Positions 45,273-54,667 of a stretch of 64,000 nucleotides of DNA are shown piece by piece. The stretch lies in contig CAZYUH010000001.1 of NCBI GenBank assembly GCA_964650645.1, positions 283,032-347,031 on the forward strand, read 5' to 3'. This DNA is from an uncultured Candidatus Saccharibacteria bacterium. GTDB taxonomy: Bacteria > Patescibacteriota > Minisyncoccia > Phycocordibacterales > SBAW01. The stretch's first letter is position 1, and every line of letters starts with the position of its first letter. Under the pieces are notes generated by a model, which saw only the letters and a list, made by a program, of their open reading frames with translations, was not told the DNA's origin and ran no database searches. The translations under genes and the position numbers were made by a program.

Positions 45273-46718
45273 ATGGAAGGCACTAGACCGCTGTATCTCA
45301 CCACGACGCTCCCGTACGTGAACGCCGCGCCCCATATCGGCTTCGCGCTCGAAATCGTGCAGGCGGACATCATCGCGCGCTATCACCGCCTCGCGGGCCG
45401 GGACGTGTTCTTTTCGACCGGTACCGACGAGCACGGGCAGAAGATTGCGCAGAAGGCCGCTGAGGAGGGGAGGGGCGTGCAGGAGTACGTCGACCATTTC
45501 GCGGGACAGTTCGGCAGGCTAAAGGACGGCCTCAATCTCTCGAACGACGCATTCATCCGCACGACCGACCCTAAGCATGCCGCGGCGGCGCAGGAGTTAT
45601 GGAGGCGCTGCCAAGAGGCGGGCGATATATATAAGAAGAAGTACAAGGGCTTGTACTGCGTGGGCGACGAGATGTTCCTGAAAGACGGCGACCTGGTGGA
45701 CGGCAAATGCCCCAACCACCCGAACATGGAGCCGGTCGAGATAGAGGAGGAGAACTACTTCTTCAGGCTGAGCGCGTACCAGGACAGGCTCGGGGAGTAT
45801 CTTTCCCGGGAAGGCGCCGTCCTGCCCGAGTGGCGCCGGCAGGAAGCGCTCAATTTCGTCAACGGCGGGCTCGAGGATTTCAGCATCTCGCGCGAGCGAG
45901 CGCGCATGAGCTGGGGCGTTCCTGTGCCGGGCGACGAGAACCAGGTGATGTATGTCTGGTTTGACGCGCTCGCCAACTATATTTCGACGCTCGGCTGGCC
46001 CGATGACGCAAAGGGGGCGTTCGCGAAGTTCTGGGACGGCGGCGAGGCGGTGCAGATGGCCGGCAAGGATCAGGTGCGCTTCCAGTCGGTCATGTGGCAG
46101 GCGATGCTCATGTCGGCAAAGATAAAATGCACCGACAGGGTCGTGTACCACGGCTTCATTACCTCGGGCGGACAGAAGATGTCCAAGTCGCTTGGCAATG
46201 TCATCGAGCCGTTCGAGCTTATCGATGAGTATGGCACCGATGCCGTGCGCTACTTCCTGGCGCGGCACGTGCACCCGTTCGAGGACAGCGATTTCACGCT
46301 TGAGCGCTTCAGGGAGTTGTACAATGCGGGGCTCGCGAACGGCCTGGGCAACATGGCCTCGCGCGTCATGACGCTTTCTGAGAATTACGGAGTGCAGACC
46401 GCGCTGGCGGATGAGCAGGGGCGCTCTTCGCTTGAGCAAGACGTTGCGAAGGCGGTCGAGAAGTTCGAGCTTAACGAAGCACTGAACCGCATCTGGTCCG
46501 AGATAGACAGGATTGACAGGGGGATTACGGAAAAAGCGCCGTTCAGGGTGATAAAGACGGACGAGGCGCTCGGAAAGGCGCTTATCCAGGGGTTCGTGCA
46601 GGATCTGTACGCGGTTGCGAAAGCCCTCAAGCCGTTCATGCCTGACGCGTCCGAAAAGATCCTTGCCGCGATTAATGAGAACAAAAAGCCTGAAACGCTC
46701 TTCCCCCGCAAGGACTAG
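45273..46718 (+). CDS. metG: Methionyl-tRNA synthetase (minimal form lacking the C-terminal tRNA-binding domain)
   Basis: TTTLPYVNAAPHIGFALE (HIGH), KMSKSLGN, a length of 481 aa, and no Zn-knuckle cysteines. Confidence 0.85.
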   Translation: MEGTRPLYLTTTLPYVNAAPHIGFALEIVQADIIARYHRLAGRDVFFSTGTDEHGQKIAQKAAEEGRGVQEYVDHFAGQFGRLKDGLNLSNDAFIRTTDPKHAAAAQELWRRCQEAGDIYKKKYKGLYCVGDEMFLKDGDLVDGKCPNHPNMEPVEIEEENYFFRLSAYQDRLGEYLSREGAVLPEWRRQEALNFVNGGLEDFSISRERARMSWGVPVPGDENQVMYVWFDALANYISTLGWPDDAKGAFAKFWDGGEAVQMAGKDQVRFQSVMWQAMLMSAKIKCTDRVVYHGFITSGGQKMSKSLGNVIEPFELIDEYGTDAVRYFLARHVHPFEDSDFTLERFRELYNAGLANGLGNMASRVMTLSENYGVQTALADEQGRSSLEQDVAKAVEKFELNEALNRIWSEIDRIDRGITEKAPFRVIKTDEALGKALIQGFVQDLYAVAKALKPFMPDASEKILAAINENKKPETLFPRKD

Positions 46719-46720
46719 CT

Positions 46721-47494
46721 ATGGAGTTCAAATTGTTTGATTCGCATTGCCACCTCTACATGCCGCAGTTCGATGTGGACAGGGAAGAGGTGCTCGCGCG
46801 CATGCGCGAAAAGGAGATGGGCGCGGTCGTCATCGGCGTTGATTACGCGTCGAGCAAGGCTGCGCTCGAGCTTGCCCGGAAGCATGATTTCTTGTGGTCC
46901 TCGGTCGGCCTGCATCCCAACGACACGCCTTTAGAAGCATTCGACGCGGACGCGTTTGAGGCGCTCGCGCGCGACCCGAAGGTCGGCGCCGTAGGGGAGT
47001 GCGGCCTCGACTACTACCGCCAGGACCCGTCGCCAGAGGAGAAGGCGCGCCAGCGCGAGCGCTTCGAGGCCCACATCGCTTTGGCGGCTAAAGTTAACAA
47101 GGCGCTCGTCGTGCACTGCCGCGACGCCCACGAAGACTGTTTCGGTGTTTTGCAAAACACCGGCATAGCGCAGAAGGTGCCCGTCGTCATCCATTTCTTC
47201 GCCGGCTCGGGGGAGCTGGCGCGAAAGTACCTTAATCTGGGGTGCTACCTGTCGTTCCCGGGCCCTGTTACGTACGCCGACATGTACGACGATTCGATAC
47301 GCGCCGCGCCGATGGACAGAATCCTCATTGAAACCGACTCGCCGTACGCCGCCCCGGTACCCAACCGCGGCAAGCGCAACGAGCCGGCGTTCGTTTCCGG
47401 CGTTGCGGCAAAAATCGCCGCGCTCAAGGGCGTGCCTGCCGAGGAGGTGGCGCTGCACGCGGCGCGCAACGCCTCGTCTGTATTTTCCCTGTAG
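46721..47494 (+). CDS. tatD: TatD family metal-dependent DNase/hydrolase
   Basis: The HCHL motif (SHCHLYMPQFD), HCRDAH, and a TIM-barrel hydrolase signature. Confidence 0.85.
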   Translation: MEFKLFDSHCHLYMPQFDVDREEVLARMREKEMGAVVIGVDYASSKAALELARKHDFLWSSVGLHPNDTPLEAFDADAFEALARDPKVGAVGECGLDYYRQDPSPEEKARQRERFEAHIALAAKVNKALVVHCRDAHEDCFGVLQNTGIAQKVPVVIHFFAGSGELARKYLNLGCYLSFPGPVTYADMYDDSIRAAPMDRILIETDSPYAAPVPNRGKRNEPAFVSGVAAKIAALKGVPAEEVALHAARNASSVFSL

Positions 47495-47514
47495 CTTTGG
47501 TAGACTGGCCCCCT

Positions 47515-48969
47515 ATGCCGGAATTCCTGAAGAACCCGAAGGCTCTGGCCATGCTCGGCGCCATGCTCGCCATGCTTCTGGCGGCGCTTGACCAGACCAT
47601 CGTCTCGACCGCCCTGCCGACTATCGTGAAGGAGCTGGGCGGGCTCGAGCACCTTTCATGGGTGTTCACCGCCTACATGCTCGCCTCGACCGTGACGGTG
47701 CCGCTGTACGGCAAGCTGTCCGATACCTACGGCCGCAAGCCGTTCTTCATCGCGGGCATCATCATATTCCTCCTGGGCTCGGTGCTCTCTGGCGCTGCAA
47801 CCTCGATGTTCGAGCTCATACTCTTCCGTGGCCTCCAGGGCGTCGGCGGCGGCGCCATCATGGTCAACGCCTTCGCCGTAGTGGGGGATCTCTTCTCGCC
47901 GCGCGAGCGCGGGCGCTGGCAGGGGCTTTTGGGCGCCATGTGGGGGCTCTCAAGCGTCGTGGGACCGCTCTTGGGCGGCTGGCTTACCGACGCGGCGTCG
48001 TGGCGCTGGATCTTCTACATAAACATCCCGCTCGGGCTCCTCGCTCTGGGCGTCATCGCCTACGCGCTTCCCGCTATCGCGCGCCGGCACGAGAAGCCGC
48101 TCGACTACTTCGGCGGCCTGCTCATCGGCGCATCCTTGCTGCCGCTCCTGCTTGCTTTGGTGTGGGGCGGGTCAACGCATCCATGGATATCGCCCATAAT
48201 CATCTGGCTCTTCAGCGCGTTCGCCATCATCCTGTACTACTTTATCCGCGAGGAGCGCTATTTCGCCGAGGACCCGGTGCTCCCAATGTTCTTCTTCAGG
48301 ACGCGGGCTTACGTCGTATCGGTCGCGACGGTGTTCCTGACCGCCATAGGCATGTTCGGCTCCATAGTCTACCTGCCGCTTTTCGCGCAGAACGCGCTCG
48401 GCTCCTCGGCCACGGGAGCGGGGCTCATACTGACGCCGCTCATGCTCGGCATCGTCGTCGCTTCGACCGCGACGGGCCAGATAGTCTCGCGCACGGGCAA
48501 GTACAAATGGATAGCCGTCGGGGGCATGGCCCTGGCTACCGTTGCAATGTTCCTGTTTTCGCAGATGTCCGCGGACACGGGCTATTGGACCGTCGTGCGC
48601 AACATGGTGGTCATGGGCCTCGGGCTCGGCGTATCCTTCCCGATATTCACCGTGGTGGTGCAGGCGGCGTTCGAGCCGCGCTACCTCGGCGTCGCCACCG
48701 CCTCGGTGCAGATGTTCCGCACGGTGGGGGCTACCGTTGGCACCGCGCTTATGGGCGGGCTTCTCAACTACTATATGGCCGCCCAAGGCCTCGCGTTTAC
48801 GGACGCGCTCGACCGCGTGTTCCTGGTAGGCGCGGCAGCCATGGCGGGCGCCTTCGTCATGTCGCTCTTTCTGCCGCAGATACACTTGCGCCACAGCGAA
48901 CCTGAGGAGGGTCAATCGCTCGAAGAGATGGCGCGCGAATTCGAGGAGGCGTACGGGGCGCGCAGGTAG
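47515..48969 (+). CDS. MFS transporter (DHA2-like, 14 TM)
   Basis: MFS motif A (GKLSDTYGRKP) and a 14-helix profile. The ATG at 47515 is preferred over the TTG at 47497. Confidence 0.8.
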   Translation: MPEFLKNPKALAMLGAMLAMLLAALDQTIVSTALPTIVKELGGLEHLSWVFTAYMLASTVTVPLYGKLSDTYGRKPFFIAGIIIFLLGSVLSGAATSMFELILFRGLQGVGGGAIMVNAFAVVGDLFSPRERGRWQGLLGAMWGLSSVVGPLLGGWLTDAASWRWIFYINIPLGLLALGVIAYALPAIARRHEKPLDYFGGLLIGASLLPLLLALVWGGSTHPWISPIIIWLFSAFAIILYYFIREERYFAEDPVLPMFFFRTRAYVVSVATVFLTAIGMFGSIVYLPLFAQNALGSSATGAGLILTPLMLGIVVASTATGQIVSRTGKYKWIAVGGMALATVAMFLFSQMSADTGYWTVVRNMVVMGLGLGVSFPIFTVVVQAAFEPRYLGVATASVQMFRTVGATVGTALMGGLLNYYMAAQGLAFTDALDRVFLVGAAAMAGAFVMSLFLPQIHLRHSEPEEGQSLEEMAREFEEAYGARR

Positions 48970-49014
48970 GCCTTGCCTTGCCAAGCGGCTTGGCCTTTGG
49001 TATGGTGCTCTGGT

Positions 49015-49551
49015 ATGGAACAAACGTCGCAGGCCGATACGGCCTTTACCCAAGCGACAGACGCCAACTCCTTGGCCGATGTCAGCAGTGCCCCCATTAT
49101 TTATGAGGTCGGTTTTCATTTGGTGCCCACTATCGCCGAGGACGGAGTAGGGGCCGCGGTCGAGGGCGTTCGCCGGCTTATAGGCGATGATGCCGAGTTT
49201 ATCAGCGAGGGCTATCCGTCCAAGGTAGCCCTGGCCTACGTCATCGAGCGCGCCTCGCAGGGCAAGCGCGAGAAGTACAGCGAAGCGTGGTTCGGCTGGA
49301 TAAAGTTCGCCGCGACCCGCGACAAGATCCCCGCGCTCGAGGCCGCCCTTAACGCCTCCCGCGACGTCCTGCGCTCGCTCATCATTGAGACCGTCCGCGA
49401 GGATATCGTCGCGCCCAAGCCCCGCGCGGTATTCAGCTCCGACAGGCTCCAGGGCGAGACCATCAAGAAGCCGGATGCGCCCGCCGAGAAGGCCGTCCCG
49501 GTCTCCGAGGCGCAGCTTGATAAGTCCATCGATGCGCTTGCCGCCGAGTAG
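49015..49551 (+). CDS. rpsF: 30S ribosomal protein S6 (with N- and C-terminal extensions)
   Basis: The IYEVGFHLVP core, plus the conserved rpsF-ssb-rpsR gene order. Confidence 0.7.
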   Translation: MEQTSQADTAFTQATDANSLADVSSAPIIYEVGFHLVPTIAEDGVGAAVEGVRRLIGDDAEFISEGYPSKVALAYVIERASQGKREKYSEAWFGWIKFAATRDKIPALEAALNASRDVLRSLIIETVREDIVAPKPRAVFSSDRLQGETIKKPDAPAEKAVPVSEAQLDKSIDALAAE

Positions 49552-49563
49552 TACAATACCGGT

Positions 49564-50016
49564 ATGAACAAAGTCATCCTCTACGGCAACCTTACCCGCG
49601 ACCCCGAACTGAAGTCCCTTCCTTCGGGCATGCAGGTGGCCTCCTTCGGCGTAGCGACCAACCGCCGCGTCAAGAAGGACGAGCAGTGGACCGACGTGCC
49701 GGAGTTCCACAACGTGGTGGTGTTCGGCCGCCAGGCGGAGACGAGCGCGCAGTACCTCAAGAAGGGAAGCTCGGCGCTCATCGAGGGCCGCATCCAGACC
49801 CGCTCGTGGGACAGCCCCGAGAAGGGCAAGCAGTACCGCACCGAGATAGTGGCCGAGTCGGTCACCTTCGGCTCGCGCGCGTCGGGCGGCGGGGGAGCGC
49901 CGTCCGGCGGCTCGCGCGGTGGCTACTCGGACGCCGAGGCGCCGCAGAAGGCTCCCAAGGACGACGGCATCGACTACCCTGCAGAGGACATTAACCCTGA
50001 CGACATTCCCTTTTAA
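49564..50016 (+). CDS. ssb: Single-stranded DNA-binding protein
   Basis: [16 protein letters not shown], an OB fold, a Gly-rich tail, and the acidic C-terminus DDIPF. Confidence 0.9.
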   Translation: MNKVILYGNLTRDPELKSLPSGMQVASFGVATNRRVKKDEQWTDVPEFHNVVVFGRQAETSAQYLKKGSSALIEGRIQTRSWDSPEKGKQYRTEIVAESVTFGSRASGGGGAPSGGSRGGYSDAEAPQKAPKDDGIDYPAEDINPDDIPF

Positions 50017-50027
50017 TCCCAAGACTT

Positions 50028-50222
50028 ATGGCTAAAGAATACGCACCCCAGTTCGCGCGCATCGACTACAAGGATGCCGAGACGCTCAAGAAGTTCATCA
50101 ACCCGCACGGCAAGATACTGCCGCGCCGCCGCACCAACCTCTCCGCGCCCAACCAGCGCGCGGTCGCCGAGGCTATAAAGCGCGCGCGCTTCATGGCGCT
50201 TCTGCCCTACATCATCCGCTAG
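50028..50222 (+). CDS. rpsR: 30S ribosomal protein S18
   Basis: [25 protein letters not shown]. Confidence 0.9.
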   Translation: MAKEYAPQFARIDYKDAETLKKFINPHGKILPRRRTNLSAPNQRAVAEAIKRARFMALLPYIIR

Positions 50223-50241
50223 CCCTGTCCGGGAGGCGCAA

Positions 50242-50275
50242 CGAAAAGGCCGCGGCGCATGCCGCGGCCTTTTCG
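50242..50275. terminator. Bidirectional terminator after rpsR
   Basis: CGAAAAGGCCGCGGCGCATGCCGCGGCCTTTTCG. Confidence 0.8.
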
Positions 50276-50303
50276 TATCCTGATGTGCGCCCGTGCTGAC
50301 TGC

Positions 50304-50486
50304 CTAGCGGTGCGCGAACGCGCTCTGGCTGTAGGCGGTTTCCTCTGCGGCGCTCCAGATGGAGAGTACGGCGACCACGAGGCCTGCGATGGCGAGCGTC
50401 CACGTCATGGCGCCGCTAGAGAGGCTTAAAAACGGGGTCGCTAGCACTGCAATTCCCGCGATTGCGTTTACCCATTGCTTCCACAT
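50304..50486 (-). CDS. Small two-TM membrane protein, hypothetical
   Basis: A 60-aa ORF with two hydrophobic helices. Confidence 0.3.
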   Translation of the reverse strand: MWKQWVNAIAGIAVLATPFLSLSSGAMTWTLAIAGLVVAVLSIWSAAEETAYSQSAFAHR

Positions 50487-50579
50487 ATGCCTTTGTAAGT
50501 TAGCTGGCTCGTAATGTCGACCTGGAGCCAGGATAGCGCAGGGCAGGTGTCGCGCGGATGAAGCAATGGCGCCGCTTTC

Positions 50580-51710
50580 CTAGAGTTCCTGGTACGCAGG
50601 GATAAGCCCTGCCGTCGCCTGCTCGGAGACGCTTCCGCATGACAGGGTGTAGGTAATCGATCCGGTTATGGGGCCTATGGCTACGGAGTGTTCGGCGCCA
50701 TCCGCGGTAACGGGATAGGAAGAGCCGTCCGTGCCGGATATGGCGCAGGAAGCGCCCGTGGCCTTATATAGGAGGCTTGATGCGCCCCCGCTGCGCACGC
50801 GCGAGGGCGAAACGATGAACTCATCAACGCTGTCGGGGGGCACGCACTGGCTTGGATCGCCGGTCTGGAGGCCCGGCATAAGGGGGCATACATCCACCTC
50901 CGCCGAGAGCGCCGGTGACGTCGAGCAGGAGCTTGCTCCCGAGAGGCTCGCTACGTCCATGGTGTAAGTATACGAGCCGGCGCTCGATGGGGCGGTGGCG
51001 CTTACGGCGCCGGAAGGGGCGGTCGCGCCGCTTGTTATGGTGGCGCCTCCCGCGTCCTTTATAACGCCCGTGTCCGGAGTATTGGTGGTTGTGTAATTAA
51101 GGGTAATAGATGAGCCGGTGGCGGCAGGATTAGGCGCGACGCTCAGCGTGCAGGTGGGGCTCCCGGCGCCGCCATAGACGACCGCGTAGGGGCTGCCGTC
51201 TGTCGCTGTGCCGGAAAAGCTCAGCCAGCCCACGACGTCGCTGCCCCATGCATAGCCGGTAAACGTGGTGCCGGAAAGGGTTACGCCGTAGGCCGGCGAC
51301 GCGCCGCTTAAGGAAATGCACCCGTCCCAGCCGCCGCCCGCGCCGGTCGCCTGAGCGAAGCCGGAGAGCGCCCCTGCGCTGAAGTTCGCCTGCGCGCCGC
51401 ATGAGTTGGGGCCGAAGGTTATCCAGCCGATGTTGTCGCTCCAGGCGTAGCCCGAGAGGACGCCGCCCCCGCCGACCGTTACCCCGTACGGGCTGCCGTT
51501 TGCGGCCGTGCCCGAAAAGCTCACCCAGCCTATAGTGTCGCTCCAGGCGTAGCCGGTTATGGCAATGTCGGCTGCATGCGCGGTCGCGGGCGCAAGGCGC
51601 GGATGCTTGGGTCCGTACTCGACAAGCAGGGCGGCGCAGGCCGCCAGCAACAGGAGTCCGGCCAGGGTCGCGAGCTCCCTATAGGTGCGCGTACGCAAAA
51701 ATTTCCGCAT
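50580..51710 (-). CDS. Secreted repeat protein with GYAWSxxIGWxSF repeats
   Basis: A signal/anchor (MRKFLRT...LLLAACAALLV) followed by at least three copies of a roughly 40-aa GYAWS(D/N)xIGW(V/I)SF repeat. The track's N-terminal extension overlaps a plus-strand gene and was trimmed. Confidence 0.6.
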   Translation of the reverse strand: MRKFLRTRTYRELATLAGLLLLAACAALLVEYGPKHPRLAPATAHAADIAITGYAWSDTIGWVSFSGTAANGSPYGVTVGGGGVLSGYAWSDNIGWITFGPNSCGAQANFSAGALSGFAQATGAGGGWDGCISLSGASPAYGVTLSGTTFTGYAWGSDVVGWLSFSGTATDGSPYAVVYGGAGSPTCTLSVAPNPAATGSSITLNYTTTNTPDTGVIKDAGGATITSGATAPSGAVSATAPSSAGSYTYTMDVASLSGASSCSTSPALSAEVDVCPLMPGLQTGDPSQCVPPDSVDEFIVSPSRVRSGGASSLLYKATGASCAISGTDGSSYPVTADGAEHSVAIGPITGSITYTLSCGSVSEQATAGLIPAYQEL

Positions 51711-51828
51711 ACGGCTAGTATACCGCCGTATTTCACCGCTATTCCCGCATACCGGCGGTACTGCGGCAGTGTGTGGATAAGGAGGCGCAGGCGTTCCGTG
51801 GGAGAGTATAGTTACAAGTGACGCTAGT

Positions 51829-52431
51829 ATGAATACTTTTAATATTGTCTCCCGTGTTTTTGCGGTACTGGCAGTGGCGGCGATAGCCGCCCCCGTTGCG
51901 GCATGGACCGGCCCCAGCACGGCGCCTCCCGGCGGCAACGTGGCGGCGCCTATCAACGTGGGCGGCACGGCGCAAGCGAAGAGCGGCTCCTTGATCCTTA
52001 ATGGCAATTCGGGAACATATCCCCTTAACGTCAGCGGGTGGGCGAGCCAGTGGACTGCTTTATTCAATTGGCCGCCCTCCTCTGCCCCCGCAAGCAGCTA
52101 TGGCATCCTCGTAGGCACAAGTGCAGGCGGCTACTCGCTATTCCAGAATGCTTCAGGATATTATGCCCAGCTTGCCCAAAGCAGCTACGGCCTATACACC
52201 AACGGGAACGTGTACGCGTCCGACGTGTATAGTTCCGCTGCGGGCATATGGATGAGTACGCTGGTCGCCAACAACCCGCGCAACGGCGGGCAGTACTGGT
52301 ACGGCGCGTACAGCTATATCCCTAACCCCGCGACCGGCGGATACAGCTGCCCCTCCGGGTTCTCCGCGTACGGGCCGTACACGATAGACATGTCGGACGG
52401 ACACTTCTCGTACACGTATATGTGCCGATAA
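51829..52431 (+). CDS. Secreted Gly/Tyr/Ser-rich protein, hypothetical
   Basis: A signal peptide (MNTFNIVSRVFAVLAVAAIAAPVAA) followed by low-complexity Tyr-rich sequence. Confidence 0.5.
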   Translation: MNTFNIVSRVFAVLAVAAIAAPVAAWTGPSTAPPGGNVAAPINVGGTAQAKSGSLILNGNSGTYPLNVSGWASQWTALFNWPPSSAPASSYGILVGTSAGGYSLFQNASGYYAQLAQSSYGLYTNGNVYASDVYSSAAGIWMSTLVANNPRNGGQYWYGAYSYIPNPATGGYSCPSGFSAYGPYTIDMSDGHFSYTYMCR

Positions 52432-52440
52432 TCATCCCGT

Positions 52441-53013
52441 ATGAATCAAAAGGAAAAACTATTGTGGGGCGTTATAGCGGTACTGGGCGCAACCCAGCTC
52501 CTTGTGCTGTGGAGCGTATTCCGGCCTTCCATGCAGCCCCAGGGGCCGGCGGGGCAGGAGGTCGCGGGCGCGCCTTCCGCGCCCGAGGCCACCACTACGC
52601 CTCCCGTGCTGCCGGGTTCGAGCCTGGCTCTCGTGAGGGGCAAGGTGCAGTTGGTAAGCGGCCAGACGCTGACCCTGAGCACGTCTGAAGATGGGTCCAC
52701 TGCCGCGGCGCGCATTACGCCTGAAACGAGAATCGTCAAATCTGACGGGTCGCAGAAGGACCCGGGGATTCAAAAGGCGGAACTTGACGCGTATAACGCC
52801 AAGATAGACGAGCTGAGGAAGGACGAGGAGAAGAACAGAGCGGCGCTCGAGACGCTCATGATGCCGAACCCGTTCGTCGAGAAGGCTATACAGCTCTCTG
52901 ATATAAAAGCGGGGGATTCGGTTACGGTCTTCTCGTTCAATAAAAACAGCGACGGCTCGTACGATGCGCGGCAGGTGGTCGTGCTCGTCTCCACCGAGGC
53001 GTTCCGGCAGTAG
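52441..53013 (+). CDS. Membrane-anchored hypothetical protein
   Basis: An N-terminal TM helix (LLWGVIAVLGATQLLVLW) and a soluble domain with a charged helix. Confidence 0.45.
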   Translation: MNQKEKLLWGVIAVLGATQLLVLWSVFRPSMQPQGPAGQEVAGAPSAPEATTTPPVLPGSSLALVRGKVQLVSGQTLTLSTSEDGSTAAARITPETRIVKSDGSQKDPGIQKAELDAYNAKIDELRKDEEKNRAALETLMMPNPFVEKAIQLSDIKAGDSVTVFSFNKNSDGSYDARQVVVLVSTEAFRQ

Positions 53014-53016
53014 GGT

Positions 53017-53592
53017 TTATTTCTTGTCGGCGCGCTCGACGTACTCGCCGGTCTGGGTGTTGATGCGCAGGACGTCGCCCTCGTTTATGAACATGGGGAC
53101 GAAGAGGGTGGCGCCAGTCTCGAGCGTCACCTGCTTCGTGCCGCCCTGGGCGGTGTTGCCCTTGACCGCGGCAGCCGCTTCGGTCACCTTGAGGTCCATT
53201 TTAATGGGGAGCTTGATGCCGATGATCCGCTCGTCGAAGACGAGCGCCTCGACGATGCTGTTCGCTTTCAGGAATTGGGCCGGCGCGCCAATGAGGTCGT
53301 TGGAGAGCGTGAAGCGGTCTGCGGGGTTGTCTTCCGCGCAGAACCAGCGCTCGCCCTTGTTGGAATAGAGGTATTTGACCCCTTTGGTGGAAAGGTCGGC
53401 CTCCTCGGCCTTTTCCGAGACATGGAAGGCCTGCTCGGTCACCTTGCCGGTAATGATGTTGCGCAGCTTGGTCTGGTTGACCGGCTTGCGCTGCTGCTTG
53501 CGGAATACGTGCGCGTCGAGGACTTCGTACGGCTCGCCATTGAAGAGGATGACCCTTCCCTTGAGTATCTCGTTGTATTCAAGCATCGCCAT
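53017..53592 (-). CDS. efp: Elongation factor P
   Basis: MAMLEYNEILKGRVILFNGEPYEVLDAHVF...KVTEAAAAVKG. The track's 68-aa N-terminal extension was rejected. Confidence 0.85.
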   Translation of the reverse strand: MAMLEYNEILKGRVILFNGEPYEVLDAHVFRKQQRKPVNQTKLRNIITGKVTEQAFHVSEKAEEADLSTKGVKYLYSNKGERWFCAEDNPADRFTLSNDLIGAPAQFLKANSIVEALVFDERIIGIKLPIKMDLKVTEAAAAVKGNTAQGGTKQVTLETGATLFVPMFINEGDVLRINTQTGEYVERADKK

Positions 53593-53642
53593 AATGTGTG
53601 TCGCAAAAAAATGAGCCCTTGGGGCTAATGGGGCAATAGTAC

Positions 53643-54287
53643 TTGAAACCAGGGCGGCGTTCAAGCGGTTGCAATGGGTATCCCATGATATACAGTGTGG
53701 CAATGGACCGCCTCTCTTCGGGGGAGCAGGGGGAAGCGAGAAGCGACGAGGAGCTTCTGGCGCTTTCCGTGTCGCACCCGGGCCTGTTCGCATTGCTTGT
53801 GCGCCGGTACGAGGAGCCGTTCCTGCGCAAGGCGCGCGGCATCATACGGGATGCCCATGAGGCCGAGGATATAGTGCAGGAGGCGTTTACCAAAATCTAC
53901 ATAAACGCGAACAAGTTCAAGAAGCAGGAAGGCGCGCAGTTCTCTTCCTGGGCGTACCGCATACTCATCAATACCGCGCTCACGCACTACGCGAAGAAGA
54001 AGAAGGGCTGGGAGCGCGAGGCGCGGCTCGACGAGGAGATATGGGCGCTCGTGCCCGACCGTTCGCTCAAGCAGTTCGAGAAGAAGGAGCTTGCTGACCT
54101 GGTGGCGTCGGTCCTCTCGCGCATGCCGGCGCCCATGGCACGGGCCCTGTCGAGCTTCTTTTTGGACGGCAAGACGCAGGAAGAAATCGCGCGCGAGGAG
54201 GGCGTGGGCGTGGGCGCCGTCAAGACGCGCGTGCACCGCGCGAAGGCCGAGTTCAGGAGGATATTCGAAACTATCAGCCCTAAGTAA
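53643..54287 (+). CDS. ECF-type RNA polymerase sigma factor (sigma-70 regions 2 and 4). The true start is probably 53685 or 53703.
   Basis: Region 2 (DAHEAEDIVQEAFTKIY) and a region 4 HTH (EEIAREEGVGVGAVKTRVHRAK). Confidence 0.7.
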   Translation: MKPGRRSSGCNGYPMIYSVAMDRLSSGEQGEARSDEELLALSVSHPGLFALLVRRYEEPFLRKARGIIRDAHEAEDIVQEAFTKIYINANKFKKQEGAQFSSWAYRILINTALTHYAKKKKGWEREARLDEEIWALVPDRSLKQFEKKELADLVASVLSRMPAPMARALSSFFLDGKTQEEIAREEGVGVGAVKTRVHRAKAEFRRIFETISPK

Positions 54288-54300
54288 CCGTTATAGAGGC

Positions 54301-54627
54301 ATGCAATCGAAGATAGAGCGTCAGGTAATGGCATCGGTCGGCGCGGTGTACGCGGCGCGCCGCCTCGCGTCCGCGACGGCGCTCAAGCTCTACGCGCTCG
54401 CCGCGTCGGCGTACGCCCTGGGTGCGCTCGTGTGGGTGTCGGAAATAAAGGCAAACCTGCTCCATGTGATGAACGGCGGCGTGCTGGCGGTAGGCAACTT
54501 CGTCCTGTACGCGGTGTTGCATACGACCGTCGCGGTGCAGGCGGTGCTCCTGGTCGCGGTGCTGGCGCTCGCCTCGCTCGCGCTCGATGCGGCGCGCTCC
54601 GTCTCCTCCGGGCAGGCCGCTGCATAA
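54301..54627 (+). CDS. Putative anti-sigma factor / small membrane protein
   Basis: A 109-aa ORF immediately after the ECF sigma gene, with three hydrophobic helices. Confidence 0.4.
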   Translation: MQSKIERQVMASVGAVYAARRLASATALKLYALAASAYALGALVWVSEIKANLLHVMNGGVLAVGNFVLYAVLHTTVAVQAVLLVAVLALASLALDAARSVSSGQAAA

Positions 54628-54667
54628 CCCTTTTGCGCGCGGGTCCCGCCGGGTGTACTGTTTTTCC

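Noticed and set aside
48172-50022. A 616-aa minus-strand ORF
   Set aside because: It spans the MFS transporter, rpsF and ssb genes on the opposite strand and is a shadow ORF.
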